This document shows, in pieces, positions 1 through 10,135 of a stretch of 64,000 bases of DNA; within the stretch, counting starts at the first letter, position 1; the number at the start of each line of letters is the position of its first letter. The DNA is from Candidatus Kaiserbacteria bacterium (GTDB taxonomy: Bacteria > Patescibacteriota > Minisyncoccia > Phycocordibacterales > Phycocordibacteraceae), in contig JARIGN010000032.1 of the NCBI GenBank assembly GCA_029288835.1, positions 15,090 through 79,089 of the forward strand, given 5' to 3'. The translations under genes and the position numbers were made by a program. The notes beneath the pieces are model-generated. The model saw only the letters and a program-made list of their open reading frames with translations, had not been told where the DNA came from and made no database searches.

Positions 1-483
1 GACTTAATTCATGAAGTAGAAAGAATTGAAGCCATTGAAAGGTCAGAAGACTCTTTGGAAGTTCCCGTAGACATACTAAGGGTTCCTCATCCCTATTTTC
101 ATTATCAAAATGGAAAAATCCAGTGTTATGGAATGGAAGAAATAGACGGCATTACTCTTGAAAAGGGAATATCGCAGAGTATAGATCCAGGTTTAAAGGA
201 AGAACTTAAAGAAAAATTTAGGGTGATGAACCTTGAGACAATAAATGCTGAAGTTGAAAGATTCTTTTCAATAATGCATGAGACTTGCCTCCATGGAGAC
301 ATTAAAGCTGCAAATCTCATGGTTTCAAGAGAAGGAAGATTTTACGTAATAGATTTTGGACAATCTGTCCTAGCAAGGGATATAAGCGATAAAGAGATTG
401 AAGCCTTTGAAAACTTAAAGGATGAGGAAAAAAGAAATGTAAAGATCCTCATTCGTGCTTTCCTGGATGCACTTTCTAAATAG
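1..483 (+). CDS. Protein kinase-like (RIO1/APH/Ser-Thr kinase fold) protein, 5' truncated by the window edge
   Basis: Frame open from base 1; catalytic loop HGDIKAAN and DFG motif. Confidence 0.75.
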   Translation, partial: DLIHEVERIEAIERSEDSLEVPVDILRVPHPYFHYQNGKIQCYGMEEIDGITLEKGISQSIDPGLKEELKEKFRVMNLETINAEVERFFSIMHETCLHGDIKAANLMVSREGRFYVIDFGQSVLARDISDKEIEAFENLKDEEKRNVKILIRAFLDALSK

Positions 484-509
484 AAAACCGCCCAACTGGG
501 CGGTTTTCT
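482..509. terminator. Bidirectional intrinsic terminator between the kinase-like gene and hup
   Basis: AGAAAACCGCCCA-ac-TGGGCGGTTTTCT inverted repeat between convergent genes. Confidence 0.8.
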
Positions 510-532
510 GTAAAACAAAGTCTCGCTTGGGA

Positions 533-805
533 CTACTTAACAGCGTCCTTAAGCGCCTTAGCTGCGCGGAACTTAGGAGTGCGCGTTGCAGCGATCTGGA
601 TGGTCTCGCCAGTGCGAGGGTTGCGGCCGGTGCGTGCTGGGCGAGCCTTTGCCGTGAAGATGCCGAGGCCAGAAATTGACACTTCGTCACCAGACTTTAG
701 ACCGCTCGTGATTGAGTCAATCATTGCCTCAACTGCGCGATCAGCATCCGCCTTGGTGCCGCCGAGCACTTCCTGCACCTTTGTTACGATATCTGCTTTA
801 TTCAT
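533..805 (-). CDS. hup: DNA-binding protein HU
   Basis: MNKADIV...VSISGLGIF...RTGRNPRTGETIQIAA...PKFRAAKALKDAV; 90 aa from ATG at 805. Confidence 0.97.
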   Translation of the reverse strand: MNKADIVTKVQEVLGGTKADADRAVEAMIDSITSGLKSGDEVSISGLGIFTAKARPARTGRNPRTGETIQIAATRTPKFRAAKALKDAVK

Positions 806-917
806 AGGAATAAGAATTTTTAAGGTTAAATCCTCCCGAAGGAAGGCTGTGCAAAAAGTATAAGAAATGAGCCATATATTGCAAGGCTTTAAAAACGTGA
901 GCGGGGATATCAAAAAG

Positions 918-947
918 TTGACTTTAAAGTATACTTTAAGGTATACT
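918..947 (+). promoter_or_regulatory. TA operon promoter with a palindromic operator
   Basis: TTGACT(918)-18 nt-TATACT(942); perfect 16-bp palindrome TTAAAGTATACTTTAA at 924-939 in the spacer. Confidence 0.7.
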
Positions 948-953
948 AAAATC

Positions 954-1196
954 ATGAATAAAATAATGGGAATTAAAGAGCTCCAACTTAACCTTAAAAG
1001 GGTTGCAGACGCTGCTCAAAAAGGGGAGTCTTTTCTCATTGTGCGTGATTCTAAGCCAGTTTTTCGGATTGAACCCATGCAAAATGATGGAAGGAGCGGA
1101 ACACTAGAGGACGCGTTTGAAGCGTTGCGCTTTAAGGGAGAAAAAGACTTATCCAAAAAGATAGATGAGATAGTGTATGGCACTAGCGTTCATTGA
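954..1196 (+). CDS. Phd/YefM-family antitoxin
   Basis: IMGIKELQLNLKRVADAAQKGESFLIVRDSKPVFRIEP fits the Phd N-terminal pattern; overlaps the downstream PIN gene. Confidence 0.8.
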   Translation: MNKIMGIKELQLNLKRVADAAQKGESFLIVRDSKPVFRIEPMQNDGRSGTLEDAFEALRFKGEKDLSKKIDEIVYGTSVH

Positions 1197-1584
1197 TACA
1201 AGCCTTTTAGTGGCTTATTTTAATGAAAGTGACTCACTTCACGCCAAGGCACATAAGGCTATAAGCTCTATCACGAGACCTTTACTAGTTCATGAGTACG
1301 TACTGCTTGAGAGTGCTACCGTTCTGATGAGTCGAGAGACCAAGGAGCTTGCAGATGTATTCGTAAAAATTATGCTTACCAATGCTGATTTTAGGCTCAT
1401 TTATAGTGACAAATACTTTTTACAGGAAAGTGCAGAATCCTTCTTGGAATCAAAAACTAAGCAAATATCCTTTGTGGATGCTGCCCTACTTGCCCTATCG
1501 GATGGTTACCCAATTCTTACTTTTGATAATTCTTTACAAAAAGCCATCGAAAAAAGAAAAGCTTTAAAAAACACTGAAAAGTAA
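1177..1584 (+). CDS. vapC: PIN-domain (VapC-like) toxin
   Basis: FIDTS, E in VLLES, SFVDA and LTFD acidic PIN motifs. Confidence 0.88.
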   Translation: MALAFIDTSLLVAYFNESDSLHAKAHKAISSITRPLLVHEYVLLESATVLMSRETKELADVFVKIMLTNADFRLIYSDKYFLQESAESFLESKTKQISFVDAALLALSDGYPILTFDNSLQKAIEKRKALKNTEK

Positions 1585-1587
1585 TTC

Positions 1588-3117
1588 CTAGCGTGCAAAC
1601 TCTACTACGCGGTTCTCACGGATGACGTTTACTTTGATTTCGCCCGGATATTTAAGCTCGTTCTGAATACGAAGCGCGATTTCACGCGCAAGCTTGTGGG
1701 TCTCGAGGTCAGAAACCTTGCCGGGATTCACGAAAATGCGAATTTCACGACCGGCCTGTATTGCATACACCTTCTCGACGCCCTCAAAGCCGCTCGCTAT
1801 GCGCTCAAGATCACCCAATCGCTCAAGATAGCGCTCAAGCGTGTCCTTACGCGCGCCAGGACGGCTCGCAGAAACGGCATCAGCGACCTGCACGATGACC
1901 GACTCAGGAGTTTCATACGGGTATTCCTCGTGATGCGCCTGCATTGCCTGAATCATGCGCTTCTCAACGCCAAACTTCTCCAAAATCCGGCGCCCAATCT
2001 CCACGTGCGTTCCTTCTACCTCATGGTCTACGGCCTTTCCTATGTCATGCAAAAGCGCACCGGCACGCGAGACCTCAACATCTGCGCCAAGTTCTGCGGC
2101 AAGCATGCCGGCAATGTGCGCCATTTCTACGGAGTGTTGCAGCACGTTTTGCCCATAGCTGGTGCGGAAATAGAGTCTTCCGAGGAGGGAAATAAGGCGC
2201 GGATCTAGGCCAATAACACCCGCTTCATAGGCGGCTTCTTCTCCCTTTTGCTTAATCATTACCTCGGTCTCTTCTTTGGTCTTTTGCACGGTTTCTTCAA
2301 TTTTTGCCGGCTGAATACGACCATCAGCGATGAGCTTTTCAAGCGATACTTTCGCAATATAGCGGCGAAGCGGATCAAAAGAGGAAAGGGTGATTCGGTC
2401 AGGGCCGTCATCAATGATGAGATCTACACCGGTTGCGCGCTCAAAGGCCTTAATATTGCGGCCTTCTTTTCCAATAACCTTTCCTTTTATTTCTTCGCTC
2501 GGGATCTGTACGGAAAGCGTCATTGCTTCGCTATTCACGGCATTTCCCATGCGGTGAATAGTGCTCATGAGAATGTCGCGCGCGCGTTCCTCAAGCATTT
2601 TGCGGCCATGCGTCTCGAGCTTTTGGAGGCGTGCAAGCAGGCTGCTCTCCTGGGTCTTCTCGAGCTGCTCCAATAGACGCTTGCGGGCTTCGTCCTGGGT
2701 GAGGTCAGCAATACGCTCAAGCTGGACGCGCTCCTCGGTAATGAGCTTTTCTGCTTCACGGCGCAAATTCGCTACCTCATTCTCCCGGTTACGGATCATG
2801 TCTGCCTGCTGAGCAAGCTTTCGGGCACTTTCATCAAGAAATTCCTCGCGCTTTAGGACGCGCTCCTCTATTTTCTCCAGGCGCTCTTCACGCTCATGGA
2901 GGGGAAGGGTGAGCTCGCTCTCAATAGCTTCAGCTTTTTGCTCAGCTTCCTCAATGATGCGGTTCGCGCGCTCACGTGCCTCAAGCAGCTTTTGCTTCAC
3001 TTCAAGCTCCAAAGAGCCGCGCTGCCCGAGCGCAATCAATAGCCTCAGGACGTACCCGAGCGCAATACCTGCGAAGCCTGAAAAGGCGAGCAGGGAAAGT
3101 AAAAGCTTGATAGACAT
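1588..3117 (-). CDS. rny: Ribonuclease Y
   Basis: N-terminal TM, coiled coil, KH domain (KGKVIGKEGRNI), HD domain (LLHDIGK), C-terminal YPGEIKVNVIRE. Confidence 0.98.
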   Translation of the reverse strand: MSIKLLLSLLAFSGFAGIALGYVLRLLIALGQRGSLELEVKQKLLEARERANRIIEEAEQKAEAIESELTLPLHEREERLEKIEERVLKREEFLDESARKLAQQADMIRNRENEVANLRREAEKLITEERVQLERIADLTQDEARKRLLEQLEKTQESSLLARLQKLETHGRKMLEERARDILMSTIHRMGNAVNSEAMTLSVQIPSEEIKGKVIGKEGRNIKAFERATGVDLIIDDGPDRITLSSFDPLRRYIAKVSLEKLIADGRIQPAKIEETVQKTKEETEVMIKQKGEEAAYEAGVIGLDPRLISLLGRLYFRTSYGQNVLQHSVEMAHIAGMLAAELGADVEVSRAGALLHDIGKAVDHEVEGTHVEIGRRILEKFGVEKRMIQAMQAHHEEYPYETPESVIVQVADAVSASRPGARKDTLERYLERLGDLERIASGFEGVEKVYAIQAGREIRIFVNPGKVSDLETHKLAREIALRIQNELKYPGEIKVNVIRENRVVEFAR

Positions 3118-3199
3118 AAGAATACTGCTGAACCTGTGTCAGCGAATGATACCGCATGCCGAGACATGCGTAAAATGAAGGCTATTTTGGTAAAAACAA

Positions 3200-3808
3200 C
3201 TACTTTCCGCCCTTGTACACCGTGTCCACGAGACCGTATTTCTTTGCGTCATCGGCCATCATGAAGTAGTCGCGGTCGACGTCCTTCTCAACCTTATCGA
3301 GCGGCTGGCCGGTTGCCTTTGCAAGGATCTTGTTAAGGCGGTCACGCGTCGCAAGGATATGCTTTGCGGTGATTTCAATATCAGAAGCCTGGCCCTGGGC
3401 GCCTCCCCATGGCTGGTGGATCATCACTTCCGCGTTGGGAAGCGCAAAACGCTTGCCTTTCTCCCCGCTTGCGAGAATCACTGCCGCTGCAGATGCTGCC
3501 ATACCGACGCATACCGTCGCGACGTCTGGCTTCACGTGATTCATGGTGTCGAGGATAGCGAGACCTGCCGTCACAGAGCCACCGGGTGAGTTAATGTAGA
3601 GGTAAATGTCTTTCTTTGGGTCTTCAGACTCAAGGAAGAGAAGCTGGGCGATGATGAGGTTGGCTACATCATCATCTATTCCGCCGCCGAGGAAGACGAT
3701 ACGGTCCTTAAGAAGGCGGGAGTATATGTCATAGCCACGCTCACCAAACTGTGATTTTTCAATCACCATTGGGACGAGCATTGCTGATTTAATTGGTTTT
3801 GATTCCAT
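3200..3808 (-). CDS. clpP: ATP-dependent Clp protease proteolytic subunit
   Basis: [33 protein letters not shown]. Confidence 0.98.
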   Translation of the reverse strand: MESKPIKSAMLVPMVIEKSQFGERGYDIYSRLLKDRIVFLGGGIDDDVANLIIAQLLFLESEDPKKDIYLYINSPGGSVTAGLAILDTMNHVKPDVATVCVGMAASAAAVILASGEKGKRFALPNAEVMIHQPWGGAQGQASDIEITAKHILATRDRLNKILAKATGQPLDKVEKDVDRDYFMMADDAKKYGLVDTVYKGGK

Positions 3809-3838
3809 AGAGAAAGTGTTACATGCTTATAATTGCCG

Positions 3839-4081
3839 TTATGGCTGGTGTGCGGGCTGTTGAAGATGAAGCTGGGCTTCTAGTGCCTGGTCCTGGCGGA
3901 TGCGTGCGCCCCACGAATAGAACGCGCCGAGGATGATCATCGTGAGGATGATCGTAATAGAGATGATGGCGCCCCAGGAGGCATTGCGATGGATTGAGCT
4001 TGGCGCAGAAGGGTCTTTTTCATGGCCTTCTTCTACCTCGGGGACAAAACTTTTTGTTTTTGAAAGTGCTGATTTCTCCAT
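3839..4081 (-). CDS. Small single-TM hypothetical protein
   Basis: SWGAIISITIILTMIILGAFYSW hydrophobic segment; TATACT 6 nt before ATG. Confidence 0.7.
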   Translation of the reverse strand: MEKSALSKTKSFVPEVEEGHEKDPSAPSSIHRNASWGAIISITIILTMIILGAFYSWGARIRQDQALEAQLHLQQPAHQP

Positions 4082-4132
4082 GCCTTCAGTATAGCAGAAA
4101 GCAGTTTTCGGAGAAATTTGGACTCGCTCACC

Positions 4133-4657
4133 CTACGCGGTCTTCTTTGCCTGATACATCTCGCACGCGCGGGTGAAGGCAGCTTCTGCTGCATCGCGTC
4201 CTTGATAGTCTTCAAGGGTCACTTCCTTGTTCTGGAGCTGCTTGTAGGTGAGGAAGAAGTGCGCGATTTCCTTGAGGGTGTGCTTGTTGAGGTCACTGAG
4301 GTCCTTAATCTCAGCAAAGCGAGGGTCTGTGGCAGGAACCGCAATGATCTTCTCATCTTTTTCACCTCCATCAATCATTGGAAGCACCGCAACAGGGCGC
4401 GCGTGCACGAGAATGCCCGGCATAAGTGGCTGTGTTGTAAGAAGGACCACATCGAGCGCGTCGCCATCATCCCAAAGGGTCTGCGGCACAAAGCCGTAGT
4501 CGAAAGGATACTGCTGGGCGGTGTGGAGCACACGATCAAGCGCGATAAGGCCCGTCTCCTTATCTATTTCATACTTATTCATCGAGCCGCGAGGAATCTC
4601 GATAATGACATTCATCTTTTCTTTTGATCCTGGCTCTATGTCGTGAAGTAGGTTCAT
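4133..4657 (-). CDS. ppa: Inorganic pyrophosphatase (family I)
   Basis: EIPRGSMNKYE, YPFDYGFVPQT, DDGDALD. Confidence 0.97.
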   Translation of the reverse strand: MNLLHDIEPGSKEKMNVIIEIPRGSMNKYEIDKETGLIALDRVLHTAQQYPFDYGFVPQTLWDDGDALDVVLLTTQPLMPGILVHARPVAVLPMIDGGEKDEKIIAVPATDPRFAEIKDLSDLNKHTLKEIAHFFLTYKQLQNKEVTLEDYQGRDAAEAAFTRACEMYQAKKTA

Positions 4658-4702
4658 GGGTATGGTAGGAAGTTACTAATACCTGAAGTGTATCAGATGC
4701 TA

Positions 4703-6217
4703 CTACGCGTTATCCGCGATTGTCTGCGCATCTTCGTCGCGTGCTTCTTCAGCATCAGCTACGGAAGCGTTGTCGGTGAAGTTCAGCTCCTCTTCTGCGG
4801 TGAGGGTACCGGTTCCTGCCTCAGAATCATCTTCTGAAATAACGGAATTCTGCTCGGTGAGTCCTTCAACGTTTTCATCTACGGGGGAATCATCCTCAAC
4901 GCTCGTATCAGCCATAGCCTGCGCCATTTCTACAGCGCCTTCGTCGCTTTGCTCATCAAGGCTCGCTGAGCCCTCAGTCATTGTGTCTTCGTTCATGGGT
5001 GTTTCGTTAGGGGTTGTTTCATTTGCTGAGTCTTCGCTCGCTGCTTCTGTTTCGTTTTCATGTGCGTCACTTGGTCCGCCAACGGAATTAATGTCGATGT
5101 TCCAGCCGGTGAGCTTTGCGGCAAGGCGCACGTTCTGGCCGCCACGACCAATAGCGAGTGACTGCTGATCTTCGGAAACGGTTACGGTTGCGCGATGCTC
5201 TTCTTCATTAAGCTCAACTTCAAGCACGGTTGCCGGAGAAAGTGACTCCTTCACGAAGGACGTAGCGTCTTCTGACCATTCGATAATGTCGATGCGTTCG
5301 CCACCAAGGGCGGTCATCACGGTCATAACGCGTACGCCGCGCTGTCCCACGAGAGAACCAACCGGGTCAACATGCGGGTCAAGGGAAGCAATAGCGATCT
5401 TGCTGCGGCTTCCTGGCTCGCGGGCAATACCCTTCACTTCAAGCGCACCAGAAGCGAGCTCGGGTACTTCCATCTCAAAGAGCTTCACGAGGAAGCGAGG
5501 ATGGGAGCGGGAAAGGCGAAGATATACGCCACGGAATCCTTCATCGACAGAATACAGATATGCCTGGATACGCTCTCCTGGGCGGAAACGCTCACCAGGA
5601 ATTTGCTCCTCATAAGGGATGATGCCGGTAGCACGGCCGAGGTCGAGATAAATCGCGCCACGCTCCATGCGCTGTACGACACCTGAAACGATCTCACCCT
5701 TCTTGCTGCCGAATTCATCAAGCACAGAGACCTTTTCAGCCTCGCGCACCTTTTGAATGATTACCTGCTTTGCGGTTTGTGCAGCGATGCGGCCGAAGTC
5801 ATCCTGCGGCTCAAGAGGGAAGATAAGCTCACCGCCAAGCTCAGCGTCACGCTTTATGCGGCGCGCATCCTCAAGAAGAATATGCTTTTCCGTGTCAAAA
5901 CGAGGGAGTTCTCCTTCAGGCGTCTCTTCTTCATGGTGTGGGTGTTGGTGTCCCTGCTGGGCCTCCTGCTCCTCAGTCTCCTCTTCAGGTGATGGAAAAC
6001 GCACCATCGTCTCGTCAACGATAGTCTTTACCTGTTCAAAGGAGACGGTGCCGGTGTTCATGTCGAGCATCGCGCGCACGATCTGGCCACGCTTGCCGTA
6101 TTCGCGCTTGTACGCGGTTGCCATTGCGGATTCAATGGCTTCGATCATGGTCTCTTTGGTGATACCGCGGTCTTCGAACTCACCGAGCACGGAATGAATT
6201 GTTTTGAGGTCTAGCAT
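4703..6217 (-). CDS. nusA: Transcription factor NusA with a long acidic C-terminal tail
   Basis: FGRIAAQTAKQVI, S1 domain, KH domains (AREPGSRSKIA; LAIGRGGQNVRLAAKLTGWNIDI); start set at MLDLK. Confidence 0.96.
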   Translation of the reverse strand: MLDLKTIHSVLGEFEDRGITKETMIEAIESAMATAYKREYGKRGQIVRAMLDMNTGTVSFEQVKTIVDETMVRFPSPEEETEEQEAQQGHQHPHHEEETPEGELPRFDTEKHILLEDARRIKRDAELGGELIFPLEPQDDFGRIAAQTAKQVIIQKVREAEKVSVLDEFGSKKGEIVSGVVQRMERGAIYLDLGRATGIIPYEEQIPGERFRPGERIQAYLYSVDEGFRGVYLRLSRSHPRFLVKLFEMEVPELASGALEVKGIAREPGSRSKIAIASLDPHVDPVGSLVGQRGVRVMTVMTALGGERIDIIEWSEDATSFVKESLSPATVLEVELNEEEHRATVTVSEDQQSLAIGRGGQNVRLAAKLTGWNIDINSVGGPSDAHENETEAASEDSANETTPNETPMNEDTMTEGSASLDEQSDEGAVEMAQAMADTSVEDDSPVDENVEGLTEQNSVISEDDSEAGTGTLTAEEELNFTDNASVADAEEARDEDAQTIADNA

Positions 6218-6319
6218 ATATGGAATGTGTATTTTATAAGAAATGCCCGCGGGTGCGGACATCTCAGGTATCTAAAATGTACCATGGAGCGGGGTTTGCG
6301 TCAATTGATGAAAATTTTA

Positions 6320-6346
6320 CCCCGGCTGCGCATGGCGCGGCCGGGG
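6320..6346 (-). terminator. GC-rich hairpin downstream of ORFan 6353-6730
   Basis: CCCCGGCTGCGC-atg-GCGCGGCCGGGG. Confidence 0.6.
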
Positions 6347-6352
6347 CGAAGT

Positions 6353-6730
6353 TTAGGGGCAGAGCTTCGTGTAGCTCAGTTTTCCCGCTATACGCGGGTT
6401 CACTTGTCTCCACCGACACGAAGCGGAGATAGCAGGCATATCTTCACCTGGACTGAAATCCCAGGTGCCGACCTCGTGCAAGCTTGCAGGTGAGGAAGGC
6501 CCTGCGAACTGCGGCACTGAGGGCATAGAGTATGTCGGCTGCCGGTAGATGACCATAGGTTGAGACATAGCGCAGCCCCAACCATTGTAATAGGAAGGGG
6601 GAACGCAAATGACAATGCGCGGCGCCCAGCTCCGATGCCACTCATACCACTCGTGCGCAGAGGCTGGAGTCGCTGCGAGTGAGGAAATAGCAGCGATGGC
6701 GGCCACAAATGCAAGGAAAAACTTGTTCAT
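6353..6730 (-). CDS. Secreted hypothetical protein (ORFan)
   Basis: Signal peptide MNKFFLAFVAAIAAISSLAATPASA; upstream TTGACA-17-TATAAT and SD AAGGAGG. Confidence 0.7.
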   Translation of the reverse strand: MNKFFLAFVAAIAAISSLAATPASAHEWYEWHRSWAPRIVICVPPSYYNGWGCAMSQPMVIYRQPTYSMPSVPQFAGPSSPASLHEVGTWDFSPGEDMPAISASCRWRQVNPRIAGKLSYTKLCP

Positions 6731-6974
6731 GTGGCCCTCCTTGGCCGATTGTGAGCCCTTTCACATTGAAAAGACCTTTCCCTAACATTATACACTTAAT
6801 ACTATAAATGTCAAGTACCTTTGTGTTACGAAATAGTGCCGAGGAGCTGTTTAGCAGCATTAGGGGAGAGCCCTTCGCACAAATATTTTATCGGAAAGGG
6901 GATAACCGTGTACTTTGCATCTCTTTGCGCATAAAGCGCGGTATACTTTATGCAGCTTAAAGCGGTAATTTTGC

Positions 6975-8837
6975 ATGCAAGTATCCGAAAACGAACTTAA
7001 GACGTTTATTCTCGACTCCGGCCTGGTGTCGCGTAAGGACGTTGAAGAAGCGGAGGCAAAAGCGCATGCTTCGCAGGCGGCAGTAGCTGCAGCCGCAGTG
7101 GAGGGAGCAGATACCGCAAACGGCAAAGGGAAGGGCAAGGACACAAACGGTGCCTCGAGCTTGATGGATGACGAGCCACAGCGCGCGCAGTCGCTCGGTG
7201 ATGTGCTCGTCACGGAAGGGCTCCTTTCTTCGGATGCGCTTCGCCGCATTCAAGGCTATGTTCTGGGAATTCCCTTCGTAAACCTCAAAGACAGTAAGAT
7301 TCCGCTCGAAGTGCTCTCGCTTATTCCGGAGCCGATTGCGCGCAAATACAACATCATTGCGTTCAAGAAGAATGCTGACTCGCTTGAAGTGGCGATGCTC
7401 GACACGCAAGACCTTCCGGCTATCGACTCCGTGAAGAAAAAGACGGGCCTCAACATTATGGTGCGTCTCACCGACGAGGAATCGATTAAACACTCACTGG
7501 TGCAGTATCAAAAGTCGTTGAAGGAGGAGTTCGGTGACCTCATCACGAAAGAAACGAAAAACCTCAAGCTCGTGAAGGAAGATGGCGAGCAGGCGCTTTC
7601 CGGGGATGATCTTAAAAAAATGGCAGAAGACTTGCCAATCGTGCGCATTGTCGACACCCTTTTGCGCCACGCGATCATCCAGGGTGCTTCAGACATCCAC
7701 ATAGAGCCGATGGAAGAGCAGGTGCTCGTGCGCTACCGCATCGACGGTATTCTCCACGACGCGATGACCCTGCCAAAAGAAGCGACTGCGGGTATCATTG
7801 CGCGCATTAAGGTGCTTTCAAACTTGAAGCTCGACGAGAAGCGCTTGCCGCAGGACGGCCGCTTCAAGATGGAGACCGAAACCGACAAAGTTTCTTTCCG
7901 TGTGTCGCTTCTCCCAACCTACTACGGCGAAAAAGTCGTGATGCGCCTTTTGCGCGAGACCGGTGAAGGCTTCACGCTCGAAGCACTTGGTTTCCATGGC
8001 GCATCCCTCGAGCTTATGCATGACTCGATGAAGCAGACCACGGGCATCATCCTCATCTCTGGACCGACTGGTTCCGGAAAGACCACGACGCTCTATACTG
8101 TGCTCGATATCTTGAATACGCCTGACGTTAACATCTCTACCGTTGAAGACCCAATCGAATACCAGATGAAGCGTGTGAACCAGACGCAGGTGAATCCTGC
8201 CATTGGCTTCACGTTTGCAAACGGCCTCCGTGCACTCCTTCGCCAGGACCCAAACATAATCATGGTGGGTGAGATCCGCGACGGTGAGACGGCATCGCTT
8301 GCTATCAATGCTGCACTCACTGGTCACCTGGTGCTCTCGACCATCCACACCAATAGTGCAGCGGGTGCAATCCCGCGCCTCATCGACATGGGCATTGAGC
8401 CGTTCCTTCTCGTGTCGACGCTGCGCGTGATCGTCGGCCAGCGTCTGGTGCGCCGCCTTACCGACAGCAAGGAAGCGTATACGCTTGATAAGGTAGAGCG
8501 CGAAAAGGTGTGCAAGGAAGAATATTTTGAAGCAGTGCTTAAGGCACTTACGGACGAAAAGCTTGTGAAGGCAGGCACAAAGGTCGACTCGCTGCCGTTC
8601 TATCACCCAAAGCCTGGTTCTGCATCTGAAGACGGCTACAAAGGCCGCATCGGTATCCACGAAGTGCTTCGCGTATCGCCGGCCATAAAGGAGCTCGTGC
8701 TTCATGGGGGCATTACGGATGCCATTCAGGAACAGGGTCGCAAGGAAGGCATGCTCACCATGCTTGAGGACGGTATCTATCAGGCGAGTCGTGGGGTGAC
8801 CTCGGTAGAGGAAGTGCTCCGGGCGATTAAGGATTAG
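6975..8837 (+). CDS. pilB: Type IV pilus assembly ATPase (PilB/GspE family)
   Basis: ASDIHIEP, RLPQDGR, Walker A GPTGSGKTT, LRQDPNIIMVGEIRD, LTGHLVLSTIHTN. Confidence 0.95.
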   Translation: MQVSENELKTFILDSGLVSRKDVEEAEAKAHASQAAVAAAAVEGADTANGKGKGKDTNGASSLMDDEPQRAQSLGDVLVTEGLLSSDALRRIQGYVLGIPFVNLKDSKIPLEVLSLIPEPIARKYNIIAFKKNADSLEVAMLDTQDLPAIDSVKKKTGLNIMVRLTDEESIKHSLVQYQKSLKEEFGDLITKETKNLKLVKEDGEQALSGDDLKKMAEDLPIVRIVDTLLRHAIIQGASDIHIEPMEEQVLVRYRIDGILHDAMTLPKEATAGIIARIKVLSNLKLDEKRLPQDGRFKMETETDKVSFRVSLLPTYYGEKVVMRLLRETGEGFTLEALGFHGASLELMHDSMKQTTGIILISGPTGSGKTTTLYTVLDILNTPDVNISTVEDPIEYQMKRVNQTQVNPAIGFTFANGLRALLRQDPNIIMVGEIRDGETASLAINAALTGHLVLSTIHTNSAAGAIPRLIDMGIEPFLLVSTLRVIVGQRLVRRLTDSKEAYTLDKVEREKVCKEEYFEAVLKALTDEKLVKAGTKVDSLPFYHPKPGSASEDGYKGRIGIHEVLRVSPAIKELVLHGGITDAIQEQGRKEGMLTMLEDGIYQASRGVTSVEEVLRAIKD

Positions 8838-8859
8838 GTAAGGATTCGCATTCACTACT

Positions 8860-10074
8860 ATGAAATTCCGCGTTGTCGTACAAAAAGCAGATGGTACCGA
8901 AGAAAAGCGCCTCATTGATGCAGAGACGCGTTTTGCAGTATATAGCCAAATAGAGAAAGAGGGCGGCCACGTCGTTTCCTTGACGGAAGGGGAAGGGAAG
9001 AAGTTGCCGAAGTGGATGAACATCCAGATTGGGTCTGGCATCAAGACGGAAGCAAAAATTACCTTTACAAAAAACCTGGCCGCAATGCTTTCCGCAGGTC
9101 TTGCCCTGCCGCGCGCGCTCAGCGTCATCGAGCGCCAGTCGGCAAATAAATATTTGAAAAATATCGTCACGGACCTTGAGACGCGCATTAAGTCTGGAGG
9201 TACGTTCCATGAAGCACTTCAGGCGCATGCAAACGTATTTCCAAAAATTTTCATTGCTATGGCAAAGGCAGGTGAAGAGGGAGGGACGCTTGCAGACAGT
9301 TTACGTATTGTGGCGAAGCAAATGGAAAGTTCCGACCGTCTCACGAAAAAGATAAAAGGCGCGATGATCTATCCGGCTATCATCGTCTTTGCCGTGTTCG
9401 TCATCGGCATACTCATGCTGCTCTTCGTGGTACCTACGCTCGCCGCGACGTTCGCTTCCTTTGGTTCCAAGCTCCCTATCGCCACACAGATCATCCTCGA
9501 CATGTCGAATTTCATGCGCAGTAATTTTATCGTGGTGCTTATCGGCCTTGTCGTGCTTGTGGGAGGGGGCATAGCATTTTTCCGATCGCACGTGGGCGGT
9601 ACGACCGTACTTTTTTGTGCACTTCATATGCCCGTGATAGGGGAGCTCACGCGAGAAACGTACAGCGCCCGCGCTGCGCGTACGCTTTCTTCACTGCTTA
9701 GTTCGGGTGTTGAAATGCTTACAGCGCTTTCCATTACCTATGAAGTGGTGGGAGATAACGTCTTTGGTGCCGTGGTAAAAGAGGCGGAAGAGAAAGTGCA
9801 GAAAGGTGAACAGCTATCACTTTCTTTTGTGGAGCATCCAAAGCTCTATCCAATTCTCTTTAGCGATATGATTACGGTGGGTGAAGAGACCGGAAAAGTG
9901 TCTGACATGCTGAGTCAGATTGCAGAATATTTTGAAACCGATGTGGAAGACCGCACTAAGGACCTTTCTACTATTATTGAGCCGCTGCTCATGCTCTTTA
10001 TCGGTGCGTTCGTGGGAGTATTTGCTATCGCGATGATTGCGCCAATCTACTCACTCTCTTCCTCTATCGGTTAG
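8860..10074 (+). CDS. pilC: Type IV pilus platform protein (PilC/GspF family)
   Basis: GEEGGTL, AMIYP, GEETGKV, IIEPLLM motifs; TM segments. Confidence 0.95.
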   Translation: MKFRVVVQKADGTEEKRLIDAETRFAVYSQIEKEGGHVVSLTEGEGKKLPKWMNIQIGSGIKTEAKITFTKNLAAMLSAGLALPRALSVIERQSANKYLKNIVTDLETRIKSGGTFHEALQAHANVFPKIFIAMAKAGEEGGTLADSLRIVAKQMESSDRLTKKIKGAMIYPAIIVFAVFVIGILMLLFVVPTLAATFASFGSKLPIATQIILDMSNFMRSNFIVVLIGLVVLVGGGIAFFRSHVGGTTVLFCALHMPVIGELTRETYSARAARTLSSLLSSGVEMLTALSITYEVVGDNVFGAVVKEAEEKVQKGEQLSLSFVEHPKLYPILFSDMITVGEETGKVSDMLSQIAEYFETDVEDRTKDLSTIIEPLLMLFIGAFVGVFAIAMIAPIYSLSSSIG

Positions 10075-10135
10075 AGAAAGTTTTCCGTGTGGAATGTTTC
10101 AAGCTCGAGTGCCTTCGCGTTACTATATAAAAGGT

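Noticed and set aside
7818-9188. 456-aa antisense ORF over pilB/pilC, and similar shadow ORFs over fusA, tuf and r-protein genes
   Set aside because: Explained by the codon bias of the sense genes; no motifs or expression signals.
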